From assembly GCA_951406725.2 (NCBI GenBank), contig OX597824.1, positions 15,748,001 to 15,812,000 of the forward strand: 64,000 nt of DNA, read 5' to 3'. Shown here piece after piece: positions 42,946 through 57,277 of the stretch (position 1 is its first letter; every line of letters begins with the position of its first letter). This DNA is from Octopus vulgaris (taxonomy: Eukaryota). A program made the translations under genes and the position numbers. Under the pieces are notes generated by a model. That model was not told the origin of the DNA. It ran no database searches and saw nothing but the letters and a program-made list of their open reading frames with translations.

Positions 42946-43002
<57 letters not shown>

Positions 43003-43799
43003 CACAAACAAAGATGTGTGTGTATGTATATATATATACACACAGAGAAAGAGAGAAAGTGTGTGAGAGAGAGAGAGAGAGAGAGTGAGTAAGAAAGACA
43101 GGTAGAAAAGAGAGAGAGAGGGAGAGAGAGAGAGGGAAAGATCAAGAAAGAGTGTTTTTTTATAGACCGGCACATATATCGCAAATACTACCCAGTTTTC
43201 AACACACACCCGAATGCATATACATAATATCTGTATATACATATACACACGCACATATATTTATATATGTGTGTGTATATGTGTGTACGTGTGTGTGTGT
43301 GTGTGCGTGTGTGTGTGTGCGTGCGCGCGCACTCTTGTGTTTGTGTGTATATGCGTTTGTTTTGTGTGTGTTTATGTGTAACGATTTTTGTGTATATATA
43401 TATCCTTATTTTACCTGACAACCTGTAGACTAACTTGAGACACAAATAACTCGGTCAATCTGGAAGAAATTTAGTTCGTAGCCGGCATTAAGTACAGTTG
43501 TTAACGCCCTAAATTTTTCTGGCCTGTAATGTAGAGGAATTCAGTTGTGAAGACTTTAGGGACACGAAGTGAAGGGCGCTGAAATTTAAGGCACTCATGC
43601 TTAAAGTGAGCAGAACCAGGCTTCCAATTGGCAGCCCTTTATATCCAATCCGCATTCTCAGTCAAAATAAATTCACCTCTTATATATATATGTAAGTGTA
43701 TGTATATACAAACTTATTTATATAAGGTATGTATATATTTATGTATATACACAAATATGTAAAGTAAATATGTATGCAAATAAGTATCTAAACATGAAA

Positions 43800-43852
<53 letters not shown>

Positions 43853-44053
43853 CATACACACATATATACTCCACTTCTTAATTTGAGCGAGCAGGAACTA
43901 AAGAAGGAACATTACTAAGATCCACACACAAAGATCACATACATACATACATACATATATTCATATATTCATTTATATCTACAGAACGGATATAAAATCC
44001 GACATATATATAAATAATAAATAGATAAAAATCATATAATATATATAAATATA

Positions 44054-44480
44054 GGCGCAGGAGTGGCTATAGGCTATGGCTGTGTGGCAAGTAGCTTGCT
44101 AACCAACCACATGGTTCCGGGTTCAGTCCCACTGCGTGGCATCTTGGGCAAGTGTCTTCTGCTATAGCCCCGGGCCGACCAATGCCTTGTGAGTGGATTT
44201 GGTAGACGGAAACTGAAAGAAGCCTGTCGTATATATGTATATATATATATATAAGTGTGTGTGTATATGTTTGTGTGTCTGTGTTTGTCCCCCTAGCATT
44301 GCTTGACAACCGATGCTGGTGTGTTTACGTCCCCGTCACTTAGCGGTTCGGCAAAAGAGACCGATAGAATAAGTACTGGGCTTACAAAGAATAAGTCCCG
44401 GGGGTCGATTTGCTCGACTAAAGGCGGTGCTCCAGCATGGCCGCAGTCAAATGACTGAAACAAGTAAAAGAGTAAAAGAG
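44054..44480 (+). mobile_element. full-length SINE family B
   Basis: Runs from GGCGCAGGAGTGGCT to (AGTAAAAG)2. Confidence 0.93.
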
Positions 44481-44769
44481 TATATAAGAATCAGTGTTAC
44501 ATACGAAACACAGGGAATTTACGCTTAAAATTATAAAACATTGGTAAATTAAAAATTTGGGATAATAAAACATAAAAAGGACTTATTAAAATGACATATT
44601 AATATTCCAGAAATAATGCAAAAATGCAAAAATTACAAAATTGTTCATCTACGCCAATTCATGTGATACATTTTATATATTTGTATATAGCTCATTTGGA
44701 GCACTGTGTTATATTTTGAGTTTGAGTATTGTTATTACTAGCTAACTCAAGATATAACTGTGTATTTTG

Positions 44770-44817
<48 letters not shown>

Positions 44818-44819
<2 letters not shown>

Positions 44820-45075
44820 CATTGTCCCGAAAGAGATCAAAGAGGAACAGGATCCCATCAACTTTAAACGGAGTCTGGATAGATTCCTTCAAAGAATACC
44901 AGATAAGCCACCCATAATTGGATACAACTCACCCAACAAAAACTCACTACTTGAATGGACCATAAGCAAAACTTGACTTAAACAGGATTCTAATAATCCT
45001 ATCAGGTGGTGCTATTAAGTTAGACATGGCCTGGACCAATCATTGGTCGAAACACATCTAAGTTTATCTAAGTTT
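44818..45075 (+). mobile_element. 5'-truncated LINE 3' end (CR1/L2-group-like)
   Basis: NIVPKEIKEEQDPINFKRSLDRFLQRIPDKP...NSLLEW* resembles a LINE ORF2 C-terminus; tandem tail (ATCTAAGTTT)2. Confidence 0.75.
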
Positions 45076-45084
45076 ATAGATATA

Positions 45085-45582
45085 CTTTATTTAAAGCAGC
45101 AAAAAATTCAACAAAACCTGTTACTCTGAGTTTCCCATTGCCGTTCGTCGGACAGTTTTTGCTATTTTCAGACAGCTTATATCAATGTTCTGTGGCGCTT
45201 TAATTAGTATTTAATTTAATAACAGTTATCTTAGAGCAAACAGTTCCACTGGATTCATGAAGGATTATAGAAACTTCTATGGTGCATAACTTAACAACAA
45301 ATGTCTGTTATTTGAAAATATCTTCTTTCAAATCTCCAACACTTCTGGTTTTTAGTTATCTTTGGAATATAATATAAAAGCAAGCACACGTTGACACATA
45401 CGAAGGCACTCACACAGGTACACACACATTCTAGCAAAAACTGTCCGACGAACAGCAACGGGAAACTCAGAGTAACAGGTTTTCTTGAATTTTCTGCTGC
45501 TTTAAATAAAGCATATTACTCTACCACTGGTATTTGAGTACTCTTTTTTCCACCTTGTTTCACATTTATGTGTTTATTCCGG

Positions 45583-45584
<2 letters not shown>
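45085..45584. mobile_element. inverted pair of hammerhead-bearing arms enclosing a captured segment
   Basis: Arms 45085-45164 (-) and 45432-45584 (+); + motif CTGT CCGACGA acagcaacgg GAAAC TCAGA GTA^ACAG (45441-45478). Confidence 0.75.
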
Positions 45585-45629
<45 letters not shown>

Positions 45630-45633
<4 letters not shown>

Positions 45634-46027
45634 TTAATCCAAACAAGAAAGCACAAAAAAACACGACAACGCGAGGATGTGGAACAAATATAGTATTATT
45701 GGACGCTTAGGAAAGAAGGAAAGAAGGAAAGAAGGAAAGAAGGAAAGAAGGAGGGTTTAACGTTTTGAGCGGAGCTCTTCGTCGGAAACATAGGAGAAGG
45801 AAAGATCCAGAGAAGGGAAGACAGGGGAAAAAAATCGCCAACGGTACACACGAGGTCAGGTGTAAGTGGTGGCGACACAAGTGGAAAAAAGGAAGTAGAA
45901 GAAAAAAGGTAAAAGAGGACGAGGTAAAAGTGGAAGAGTCACAGACAAATTTTTTTGATTCCAATCATGATTTCAGTGGCGTACTCCGGAAGAATGGTAA
46001 CAGTAATCGCCAGCGGTACACACGCGG

Positions 46028-46030
<3 letters not shown>
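45630..46030 (-). mobile_element. Penelope-like/retrozyme fragment with degenerate hammerhead (45755-45789)
   Basis: Minus strand: GTTT CCGACGA A GAGC tcc GCTC AAAAC GTT AAAC. Confidence 0.65.
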
Positions 46031-46070
<40 letters not shown>

Positions 46071-46232
46071 CATATATATACATGCATATATACATACATA
46101 TCAATAGAGAGAGATATCTGTGTATATGAATCGAGACACGCACACACACACACACACTCGCACGCAGAGCACACATATCCCTCCTCCTTCACACATTTCA
46201 GCAACGAATTTTCTATACCTCACTTTTATCAA

Positions 46233-46272
46233 ATGTCCTGAAGAAGAGGTTATAACCCCGAAATATAGAAAT
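46233..46272 (+). ncRNA. hammerhead-like motif
   Basis: ATGTC CTGAAGA A GAGGTTATAACCCC GAAAT ATA^GAAAT; one mismatch each in helices I and II. Confidence 0.5.
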
Positions 46273-46435
46273 ACAAGTTAAAATTACAACTTTGCTTTGG
46301 CTTGTTTCCTTTCCCTTTTCCTTTCGTAGTTTACATTGTACCTTCTTGTATTATTCCGACCGACCTTACGCAAAAAATTTATTTAAAGGAATAACACACA
46401 ATGCTTCAACAAAACTACTCCATAATATATATGTA

Positions 46436-46503
<68 letters not shown>

Positions 46504-46565
46504 GCATGCATATGTATATCTATATATGTGTGTGTGTGTACATATATATATATGTATATACATAC

Positions 46566-46597
<32 letters not shown>

Positions 46598-46676
46598 ATA
46601 CATATATATATATGTACATACACACACATATATATATATATATACACATACATTTCATATATATATATATGTATAT

Positions 46677-46755
<79 letters not shown>

Positions 46756-47196
46756 TATATTTATTTATGATGTGCGTATTTACGTACGGAGGCATACAAA
46801 GCGTGTTACCTATCGGGTGGTGAGCACAATATATCTCTTGTTTTCTAAAGAGAGAATAAAATATTAAACTAAACAAAATGGTAATAAGAAGCAAAGTTGG
46901 AAGGATTTCGACTGAAATGATTTGATGAATTGAAGCTATAAAGTTAAAGAAGTGGAAATAAATGGCTAAAGGATATGTTGAAGTGTATCTTTCATTCAAT
47001 TTATTTCGCTTAGTTAAAGTTGCTTTTATACCGTCGAAACACGCCTGTTATTAGTGAGAGAGGCCCTGGTTGGACTCGGGGAACTTCTCAGTTGTTTCAC
47101 AATGAACAGATGGCTTACATCTTATTTGTGTATATGCGAGATAGGTGTGTTTATATATATTATATATATATATATATATACATACATGTATATGTT

Positions 47197-47233
<37 letters not shown>

Positions 47234-47254
47234 GTATTTGTTTGTGTTCATGTT

Positions 47255-47310
<56 letters not shown>

Positions 47311-47349
47311 ATATATATATATGTACATATGTATTTGTTTGTGTTTATG

Positions 47350-47384
<35 letters not shown>

Positions 47385-47450
47385 ATACAAACATACACAA
47401 GGAAACTTAAACACATACACGTATGTAATTCTTTGTATTTGCATTCATAT

Positions 47451-47541
<91 letters not shown>

Positions 47542-48443
47542 TGCCTATATATACATGTGTGACTTTGTGCTTGTTTGTTTGTTTGTGTGTGTATGTGAAC
47601 ATTTAACATAAAAAATTTTCACTGCTGAACAATGCAATCGTAGTAAAATCAATTATTAATTTGATTTAAATATTGCAATTTTCGATTGAATCCTTATTCT
47701 TCAGATAGCATCAGATAATGTGCCGCAACAAAGATAAAGACGGCAAATAATGCCGTACACCAGTTGCGGAGAGGGAGGGAAAGAGAGAGAGAGAGAGAGG
47801 TGGACATCTTCGAATAGAAATTATATTCGGAAAATCTCACGCAAGTGTCGTATGAAAGGGCTCGACTGAATGTCGTCCATTCATCGAAGCATCAGAAGCC
47901 ATTGTCATGCTATTTAATATGGCGATATAAATTGAAATTATTTATCGGTTTCTTACATAACAACCCTATCAATGTTTGTTTCAAGGGGAACGACACACAA
48001 ATTCTTATGTTGTAATAAAGAAGACATTTTTTCTGGTTGTGAATTTTGATATATTCCCTCCATTCCGGTAGCGTTCCATCAAGTCTCCATTTGACAAATT
48101 GTACAAACATTTGTTCAGAAACGCATGATCACGTGACAGGTGATGCAGTTCAAATAACGCACATTTGGTGAACAACGATCTCCCAAATTCTAATCATACA
48201 TTTTCTGAGAAGTTTTTAAACTACGTATCATTCGATGAGGGTCCTTTTGATCGAAATGTAATAAGTAATCAAACACAAAGCATAAACATGTATGCAGGTT
48301 AACGGTCGAGGAGATTTCGCTAAAGCATAGCGTACTTATGATCTGGTGTTAGAACTCTGAATACATAGGCATCGGAATATAGTGTGAGGCGAATACAGAG
48401 CGTAATGTGAAATTCAAGAAATGTTCTACTGTAATTTCTCTAA

Positions 48444-48483
<40 letters not shown>

Positions 48484-48760
48484 TTATATATAATGTAAAT
48501 ATGTGTATATATATAATATATAATATCGTACATACACTTATATATATACATATATATATATATGTATATATATATATAGATATACACCTGTATACATGCA
48601 TATGAATTCATGCCATATCCATATATAAATGCACACACACAAGCACATACATATGTATGCGAGTTGATATATGTGTTTATATATATACATGTATATGTAT
48701 GAGTATACGCACACGCACACATATATATATATATACATATATTTACATTATATACAAATG

Positions 48761-48840
<80 letters not shown>

Positions 48841-48923
48841 GGAAAGAGTGAAAAAACTACAGAAGGCTTGTTTTATAAGGTTAAAGAATATATTTAAGTC
48901 GTTATGTTAGAAAAATGTGCGTG

Positions 48924-48988
<65 letters not shown>

Positions 48989-49605
48989 TATGTATGTATT
49001 TATGTATGTGTATGCAAACATACAGTAATACAAGCATTTGCATTAAATAGCTAATTGATCCTTAATTCTTTAATAAATAACGAAGTGATTTGAAGACGCG
49101 ATGCTTGTTGTATCCAACCCAAGGAGCGAACACATAGTCGTTCTTGTTCCTCGCTATTGATGCTGTGTTTTATAGCACGCTTATTGATCGAGCAAACATA
49201 TAATAATCTCCACCTTTTTCCTGTTTTCAAGTAGTTCAAGGCCGTGTTATTTGCACGTATTCTTTCCCAAGATTCTGAAGTATGATCTTGGGGGATATTT
49301 AGGTACTATTTCTAGCATGACGCATTACTACATAAAGGACCCTCGTTCCCTCGTCTCCTCTCATTGGTTTTTTTTTTTTTATATAATGGTGTTGCGGTTA
49401 GAGCAAGCCTTTCAGGTGTCATAAATCGCCCCCTGGCGGATACTTTATCAACTGAACGGATCATGGGTAGGAAATTTCCCGCGTGAACACGAAATAATCA
49501 TTGATTTCCGGTGTAAACTTAAATGATTGCGTTGCTTTCGGCATTTAGTTATGAGTTGAGTTAGCATGTGTGTCTACGTATCTGTGTACATTATGAGTGT
49601 TCGTA

Positions 49606-49636
<31 letters not shown>

Positions 49637-49886
49637 TTCCAAGTGTATGCAAGTGTGTGCAAATGCTTGTGTTGATACGTAACGGGATACAGAAACATGT
49701 ATAGCACATACAATCACGCATACACACACACACGCATGCATTCATATGTCTGTACAAGTATATGTGTGCGTGCGTGCGCGTGTGTGCATGCATACACATA
49801 CATATTGTATCGAAATATGTGTATTCATACTTGCATATATATATGTGTGTGTATGTGTGTATGTGTCTGTCTGTCTGTCTAACTAC

Positions 49887-49939
<53 letters not shown>

Positions 49940-49984
49940 AATACATATATATATATGTATATACACATACCTTTTTTCTTTTAA

Positions 49985-50275
49985 GACCAGGCTATCAAAT
50001 GTTGCTACATATCGCTGGTTACAATGCGCTTCGCATAGTTTTAGCCTTCAAATGACGCCACCCCGCTGGCTAAGCGAGCAGGCCAACAGAAGAAAGAGTG
50101 AGAGAAAGTTGTGACGAAAGAGTACAGCGGGGATCACCACCACTTCCTGCCGGTGCCTCGTGGAGCTTTAGGTGTTTTCGCTCAATAAACACTCACAGCG
50201 CCCGGTCTGGGAATCGAAACTACGATCCTACGACCGCGAGCTCGCTACCCTAACCACTGGGCCATTGCACCTCCA
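49985..50275 (-). mobile_element. SINE group C, tail type 3
   Basis: Head nearly identical to the 52212 copy; tail shared with fragment 17244-17352. Confidence 0.88.
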
Positions 50276-50987
50276 CATACACATGCACATGTATGTAGGT
50301 ATACACACACATACCTACATACATATATATTCATACACGCACACATAGATAGACAGAGAGTTGAATAAATAGATATGGTAATATAACACACATGCGCGCG
50401 CATATTTCGCACAAACATATATTTACTTATATACACATACGCAACTAGATATTTTCCATTAAGTGTTAAAGTATTAATATTTCATTATATAAAAGAGTTA
50501 CCTGCAATAATCGACGACGTAAAAATCATAAAAAATAGACATTTTGCATGTGTCAGGAACTGTGTGGCTGTTTCGTTCCTGGTAAGAATGGCCTATTTCT
50601 GGATGTCAATTGACTACAAAATTATTTATAATCAACATGTGATGTGTAGGGAAATAGCACTTTTAGTATTAGGCCTATTTCATGGCAATGAATGACAGTA
50701 TCTCTGATGTGATTGGCAACATGGGTTCTTTGAAGGTGTTAGAGCCGAGTTTCATTCTTGGTGACGGAGTCTCCTCTAATTAATTGGCCTAAAGATTTGT
50801 CGTGCATTGGATAATGCGTATTTGGGTTACTAGCACATGCGAAAAAGATGGGATAACTACAGTATCAATTTCTGTGAACATGGCTCTGTTCGATAAGGGT
50901 TGTATTGAAGATAAACTACAACAAACGTACATATATACATATACAAATATACACACGTGTGCCTGTATATATATATATATATATAAA

Positions 50988-51180
50988 TGAGTCGCCATCA
51001 TTGATCGCTCAATCCACAAGTTTTTCATTCTCTCTGTTTATTTTATTGTGTTCCTTTCTGTTGAAGAGCGTAGGCTCGAAATGTAAAATACTTTCTCACT
51101 TTCCCGAGTGTCAAACTAATACACCTGTTTGTTATTTATACACCTGTCTTCGTCTATTGCTTTCTATAAATTTCTACTAT
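50988..51180 (+). mobile_element. element with variant hammerhead (51054-51089)
   Basis: CTTT CTGTTGA A GAGC gtag GCTC GAAAT GTA AAAT; flanks differ from the 14053/41776 copies. Confidence 0.65.
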
Positions 51181-51203
51181 ATACATATATATGTATGTAT
51201 GTA

Positions 51204-51315
<112 letters not shown>

Positions 51316-51827
51316 CATGTTGTGTGCGTGTTGTGTGTGCTTGTGTGTGTGTGTGTGTATATATACACGCACATCAGTACAGCTAAATTAAGTAACTTCA
51401 TCATAATATTAATGACGTATGAAATGGAATCTCAACGGAAATGACTCGTACCCTCGCCTGTGGTATTCGAACGTTGCATCTACTGTAAACCATATATGGT
51501 TCTTACCATCTCTATCTCTGTATCACGCTGTGTGCGTGTGTTGCAATCATGGATTTACAAATTTCATTGGTGAAAGATTTCGGCTTCTACTTTCGATTTC
51601 GGATTACCTGGAGTACAATAATGACCACAAAATCTCTTTTCATTGTTAACCTGGTGTATTTTTCATCTGCAGAGCTCTTAAGTATTTCACCAAGAAGATT
51701 TAGCATTTCAACCTTACTCTAACGCTTCCATTAAGATATTGGTTGAAAACCTCCAGGAGTTTTATTAATGCAATCATTCGTGAAGATAAAAAAATGGAAT
51801 ATATATCTTTATATATAAAAGTGAGGA

Positions 51828-52212
51828 TGGAAGCACTCCGTCGGTTACGACGATGAGGGTTCCGGTTGATCCGAATCAACGGAACAGCCTGCTCGTGAAA
51901 TTAACGTGTAAGTGGCTGAGCACTCCACACACACGTGTACCCTTAACGTAGTTCTCGGGGATATTCAGCGTGACACAGAGAGTGACAAGGCCGGCCCTTT
52001 GAAATACAGGTACAACAGAAATAGGAAGTAAAAGTGAGAGAAAGTTGTGGTGAAAGAGTACAGCAGGGATCACCACCATCTCCTGCCGGAGCCTCGTGGA
52101 GCTTTTAGGTGTTTTCGCTCAATAAACACTCACAACGCCCGGTCTGGGAATCGAAACCGCGATCCTACGACCGCGAGTCCGCTGCCCTAACCACTGGGCC
52201 ATTGCGCCTCCA
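51828..52212 (-). mobile_element. full-length SINE group C, tail type 1
   Basis: Minus-strand head GGAGGCGCAATGGCCCAGTGGTTAGGGCAGCGGACTCGCGG; abuts a 20-bp Helitron-like 5' stub at 51806. Confidence 0.92.
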
Positions 52213-52235
52213 CACACACACACACACACACACAC

Positions 52236-52348
<113 letters not shown>

Positions 52349-52766
52349 AACGGTACTGTATGCTACAGTTTCCTGTCTGTCAACATTGCAAGAAGGCATT
52401 GGAAACTTAACTTTGCACTATAGAATGGCATAGGCACCCGTCAGGAATACGTTAGTCTGTTTGGTAAAAAAAATATGATAGTGTGTGGATTGCTTCGACA
52501 TACAGCAAATCACTCACGAATCACGCTTAAGGATCACAGTTATGTATAAATTAATTTCAACTCTAAATTTAGGCTGAGTAATCTTTCTAAAATTGGAGTA
52601 GTCATAATAAGCGTATCTTCAATGCCGTCAATTCTGATATCAGAAGGGCAGCGATGCCGTTACCAAATTCTTTTGAAGTACTCAGAACAAAGCATAGCGA
52701 ATGTTCACTGAGAATGATATCGCGGATTCGCTATCCTTTCATACATATGCATGGACACGTGCATGC

Positions 52767-52814
<48 letters not shown>

Positions 52815-52818
<4 letters not shown>

Positions 52819-52866
52819 GCGTATGTATGTATGCATGGTGTATGTATGAGTTGGTATAAATGTATA

Positions 52867-52898
<32 letters not shown>

Positions 52899-52938
52899 CG
52901 TATGTATGTATGCATGGTGTATGTATGAGTTGGTATAA

Positions 52939-52984
<46 letters not shown>

Positions 52985-53105
52985 GTATGTATGTATGCAT
53001 GGTGTATGTATGAGTTGGTATAAATGTATATATATGTATATATATATATATATATATACGTATGTATGTATGCATGGTGTATGTATGAGTTGGTATAAAT
53101 GTATA

Positions 53106-53163
<58 letters not shown>

Positions 53164-53190
53164 CATGGTGTATGTATGAGTTGGTATATA
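52815..53190. repeat. minisatellite of five units
   Basis: Core GCATGGTGTATGTATGAGTTGGTATA repeated with variable TA spacers. Confidence 0.9.
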
Positions 53191-53296
53191 TGTATATATA
53201 TGTGTATGTATATATATATATATATATATATATTGTGCGTGACTGTATGAGAGACAGAAAGAGTGTGTACATGTGTATGTCTTACTGGGTAACATG

Positions 53297-53508
53297 CAGT
53301 AACCACTCGTCTATCGCGTTACCTTCCAAAACCTCCCCGTGATAGGTGAAAATCTGCGAAGTAGAAACAGTATTGTACTGTATATTCTTTTTTTAGAATT
53401 TGTATATATTCTTTTAATTATATATGCAAAGCAACACCACGGAGGAATCGATGTAAGCTTAAATAATAAACCGCGATAAGTGAACCGCGATATGGCGAGA
53501 GATTACTG
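53297..53508. mobile_element. pogo/Tigger-like MITE
   Basis: TG|CAGTAACCACTCGTCTATCGCG...CGCGATATGGCGAGAGATTACTG|TA. Confidence 0.65.
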
Positions 53509-53594
53509 TATAAATTTTGTTTTTAATATTGACCACTAAAGAGGCTAGGATACTGAATTTTGAGGTATAACTAGAGACAGGCAGACGGATAACC

Positions 53595-53639
<45 letters not shown>

Positions 53640-54152
53640 TCGGAAGAAAGAGTGAGAACAAAGTTAGATAAATAGACAGACAGATAGATAGAGAGAGAGA
53701 GAAGCAGACAGACTGTTAGAGACAAAGAGGGAGAGTAACACGGTGAGCAAAAAAAAAGAGAGAAACGGAAGGAAAGAGAAAGACTGATTAGTGACGAATA
53801 AAGAATAAGAGCTAGAGAGAGAGAGAGAGAGAGAGAGAAAGAAAGAAAGAAATAAAGAAAGAAAGCGGAGAGAGATGGAGAAAGAGAGTGTTTGTATGGT
53901 TGAGGGAGATTCTTATTGCTTTAGGTGTTTTTGTAAGCTAAATTGAAACCTAAGATGTATACATTTGAAATTTCAATTAATTTTCTTGAAAAATTTTTAT
54001 AAATTCTGTTATTAATTATTTAATATTTTGTTAATTGGCAAGTGATTATATCATTGCTATTTCAATTGATTTTAATATCACGGCATTATGTTATTGAGGA
54101 AAGCTACTTGCTTTGGGCAATACACACACAGACGCTTATAAATATGTGTACA

Positions 54153-54196
<44 letters not shown>

Positions 54197-54201
<5 letters not shown>

Positions 54202-54460
54202 TGTTACTAGTAATAGTCTGACAAGGAAAGAATGAATAAGACCTCGATATTATGTAAATAGAGGAATTTATATATATATATATACATATATGTTACTAGT
54301 ATTAGTCTGACTACGAAAGAATAAATAAGACCTTGATATTATGTAAATAGAGGAATTTATCGGCAATAAAATATGTGACAATTATTCGGTTGCCATAATA
54401 AACCTCCGAGTTTCGGATGTCGGGGCGGAAACCTGCTCCGGCACCTCGTCAGTTATTGAG
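54197..54460 (-). mobile_element. hammerhead element (54397-54457) with tandemly duplicated tail
   Basis: Minus strand: AATAA CTGACGA long stem GAAAC TCGGA GGT TTATT; tail repeated at 54197-54270 and 54285-54360. Confidence 0.7.
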
Positions 54461-54733
54461 ACAAACAAAAACGACAATGTGATAAAGCGCATATAAGGCT
54501 ATCTGTCTGAATGAACGGAACTATTTAGGATTACAGAATTATTTTTAAATATGAATAATGAAATATGAGCACATTTTCTGAGTTACATCGTTCAAGTTAG
54601 TTGGGTTCCGTTTATGTAAATTATCTAAGCCATAAGTCTGTTATCTTTTTTCTATTATATTTCTTAGTATGTCGTCTTGGTTGGGAGAAAACAGAACTGC
54701 AACAGTGTTGATGATGTTTATTGATGCAGAAAT

Positions 54734-54792
<59 letters not shown>

Positions 54793-54795
<3 letters not shown>

Positions 54796-55480
54796 GTGAG
54801 GTATACTTGCCATCTCAATATGAACGAGGTATAAACAGGAACTGCACGACAATGTAAGGTATACTAGCCATCTCAATATGGCTAACCACTAAAGGTAGGT
54901 GTTACTGTAGCTTTTAGCCCCAGGAGAACATCGTCTCCAGCTGGCTTTAGGTACACTTTCTGTGCCCTTATGGTATTTGCAAAGGGAGGTCATCCCTCCC
55001 TCGTCAACCTAAGTGATACGCACGGACTGCAGTTTCTAGATATTGACCTGTCGTCGGCGTACGACAATCACCGTATACCTCACATTGTCGTGCAGTTACT
55101 GTTTATACCTCGTTCAGAGGTTTATTATTGCTTGCAGACAGTTTTTCGAAATCAGTGACGAAAAGTTACTGGAAAAACGATAAAAGTACTTGCATTGGGA
55201 CATTCCTTCATCGAAAACCGGTGATTGTCGTACGCCGACGACAGGTCAATACCTAGAAACTGCAGTCTGTGCGTATCACTTAGGTTGACGAGGGAGGGAT
55301 GACCTCCCTTTGCAAATACCATAAGTGCACAGAAAGTGTGGTTAAAGCCAGCTGGAGACGATGTTCTGGGGCTACAAGATACAGTAACACCCACCCTTAG
55401 TGGTTAGCCATATTGAGATGGCAAGTATACCTCACATTGTCGTGCAGTTACTGTTTATACCTCGTTCAGAGGTTTATTAT
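54793..55480. mobile_element. foldback/MITE-like element with ~250-bp inverted arms
   Basis: Arms 54821-55073 and 55219-55468; TA-rich flanks. Confidence 0.85.
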
Positions 55481-55504
55481 CTCTCTATATATATATTTAT
55501 GTAT

Positions 55505-55575
55505 TTATCAAAGCTGCAAAAACATAAACATATCACAAAAACTGCTACTCAGAGTTTCACGTTCCCGTTCGTCCA
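55505..55575 (-). mobile_element. truncated relative of the 45432 hammerhead family
   Basis: Minus strand GACGA ACG GGAA CGT GAAAC TCTGA GTA GCAG. Confidence 0.55.
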
Positions 55576-56082
55576 TTCTAAATTGCTTTTTTTTTTTTGT
55601 CAAGAGAAGACCACCTTTAATTGGTCGTTCGACCTGTAAGAAAGAGCAGCTAAACATTGTTCAAATTACACTCAGCTTGTCTTAAATAGGATACATTATG
55701 CAGACTGAATCTTTGTCTGTCTGTCTGTTGTCTTTATACACACATACATACACATACAAAGGCATACTCATACACATACAAAATCACTAGTTTCACTGCA
55801 CACACAGATTTACACACACATGCCAGTATTGTTTGTTGAGAGTTGAGAATTACTCCGTATGTCTGTTCATTAGAACTGTCTCGGAATTAACGGATAACCA
55901 TTTGCCAACATGTAACGGACCATTATGCAATGTGGTAATGATAGGCTGTGACGATAAAGCAGCTCCCAGTTACGTGCTTCAGCGAATTAAGTCTCAAAAA
56001 TAAATCACGTGATTCTGCTCATAGTAATGGCGGCCATAACCGCTGCCAAAATAATGGTTATTAATTAAAGCACGAGTCATTT

Positions 56083-56840
56083 AAGGCAGCGAGCTGACAG
56101 AATCGTTACCGTGCCGAACAAATCGCTTAGCAGCATTTCGTTCGCCTTGACGTTCCGAGTTAATATTTCGTTGAGGTCGACTTTGCCTTTCATCCTTTCG
56201 GAATCGATTAAGTAATCACCAGTTGAGCAGTAGGGTGGGGGTCAATGTCATTGATTTATCTCCTCTCCGTACTTGCTGGCATTGTGCCAAAATTTGAAAT
56301 GAATTTAAGCAAGTGGCCATTAACATTGAAAGGAGCGTATAGGTCGATTTCAACGACATTGGCACTTTACTGATACTTATTTGACTTTTGATTGGATTTG
56401 AATTAAAATCGATAAAATCCGGAAGAATTACCAGATGGAATTTTGACCAACTCTTTTGACCTTCACTGAATGACGATCTGCGAGAAATATCGACGAAATA
56501 TTCCTGAAAATACAGTATTTTGTGATGAAAAGGGACAAATAACTTAAAGGTTCCCTTATGTACGAAGCGCAATCCTTCGGTGGTAGGGATGGATTGAATT
56601 CGATTATAATAACGATTGTTAATGTAGGTACGAGGTAAAGCGGCGATCTGGTAGACTCGTTAGCACGCCGGGCTGAACGCCTAGCAGTATTTTGTCCATC
56701 TTTGCGTCCTCAATTCAAATTCCGCCGAAAATTGCCTTTCATCCTTTCGAGGTCGATAGAAGAGGTACCAGTTGTTCACTGGGATTCTTGTCATCACCTT
56801 ACCCCTCCCTCGGAATTTCTGGCTTTGTGCAAAAATTTAA
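56083..56840 (+). mobile_element. two diverged SINE family A copies (56083-56300, 56637-56840)
   Basis: Heads and the GCCTTTCATCCTTTCG body. Confidence 0.8.
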
Positions 56841-57277
56841 AATGAATTTAAGCACGAGGTCAGCAATTTTGACTACATTTTATTGAATACAGTACTTGAC
56901 CGCACTTTTTTTCATCGACTCCAGAAGAATGAGCGGTAAAATTTCGGAGAAAATACCAGATCGTATTTTCCCCATCACACTTTAATTGTGCAGCGGTCTG
57001 TCAGAAATATAAACGAAATAGTCCTGAAATCAGATTCGAGATAATATATGACATATAACATAATGCTTGCCTAATGTACAAAATGCAATCCAGCCTTACC
57101 CAAAAGTTGTATATTGGTGGTTTGGTAACAGGGTTGCTACATCAAAGATGGCCACGACTACAGTCTAATAAACATAATGTAAAATGGTGACTGAATGATG
57201 CTATTACTCATTGTGTAGGAAATAATAATCATGCTGGTTGAAGAAGTTCTGCTTCATCGCTATGAAAGCATGTTTGT

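Noticed and set aside
52815-53190. Repeat-spacer pattern as a CRISPR-like array
   Set aside because: Spacers are TA runs, the context is eukaryotic and there are no cas genes.
54970-55639. Paired ORFs with near-identical peptides on opposite strands
   Set aside because: A consequence of the inverted arms of the foldback element.
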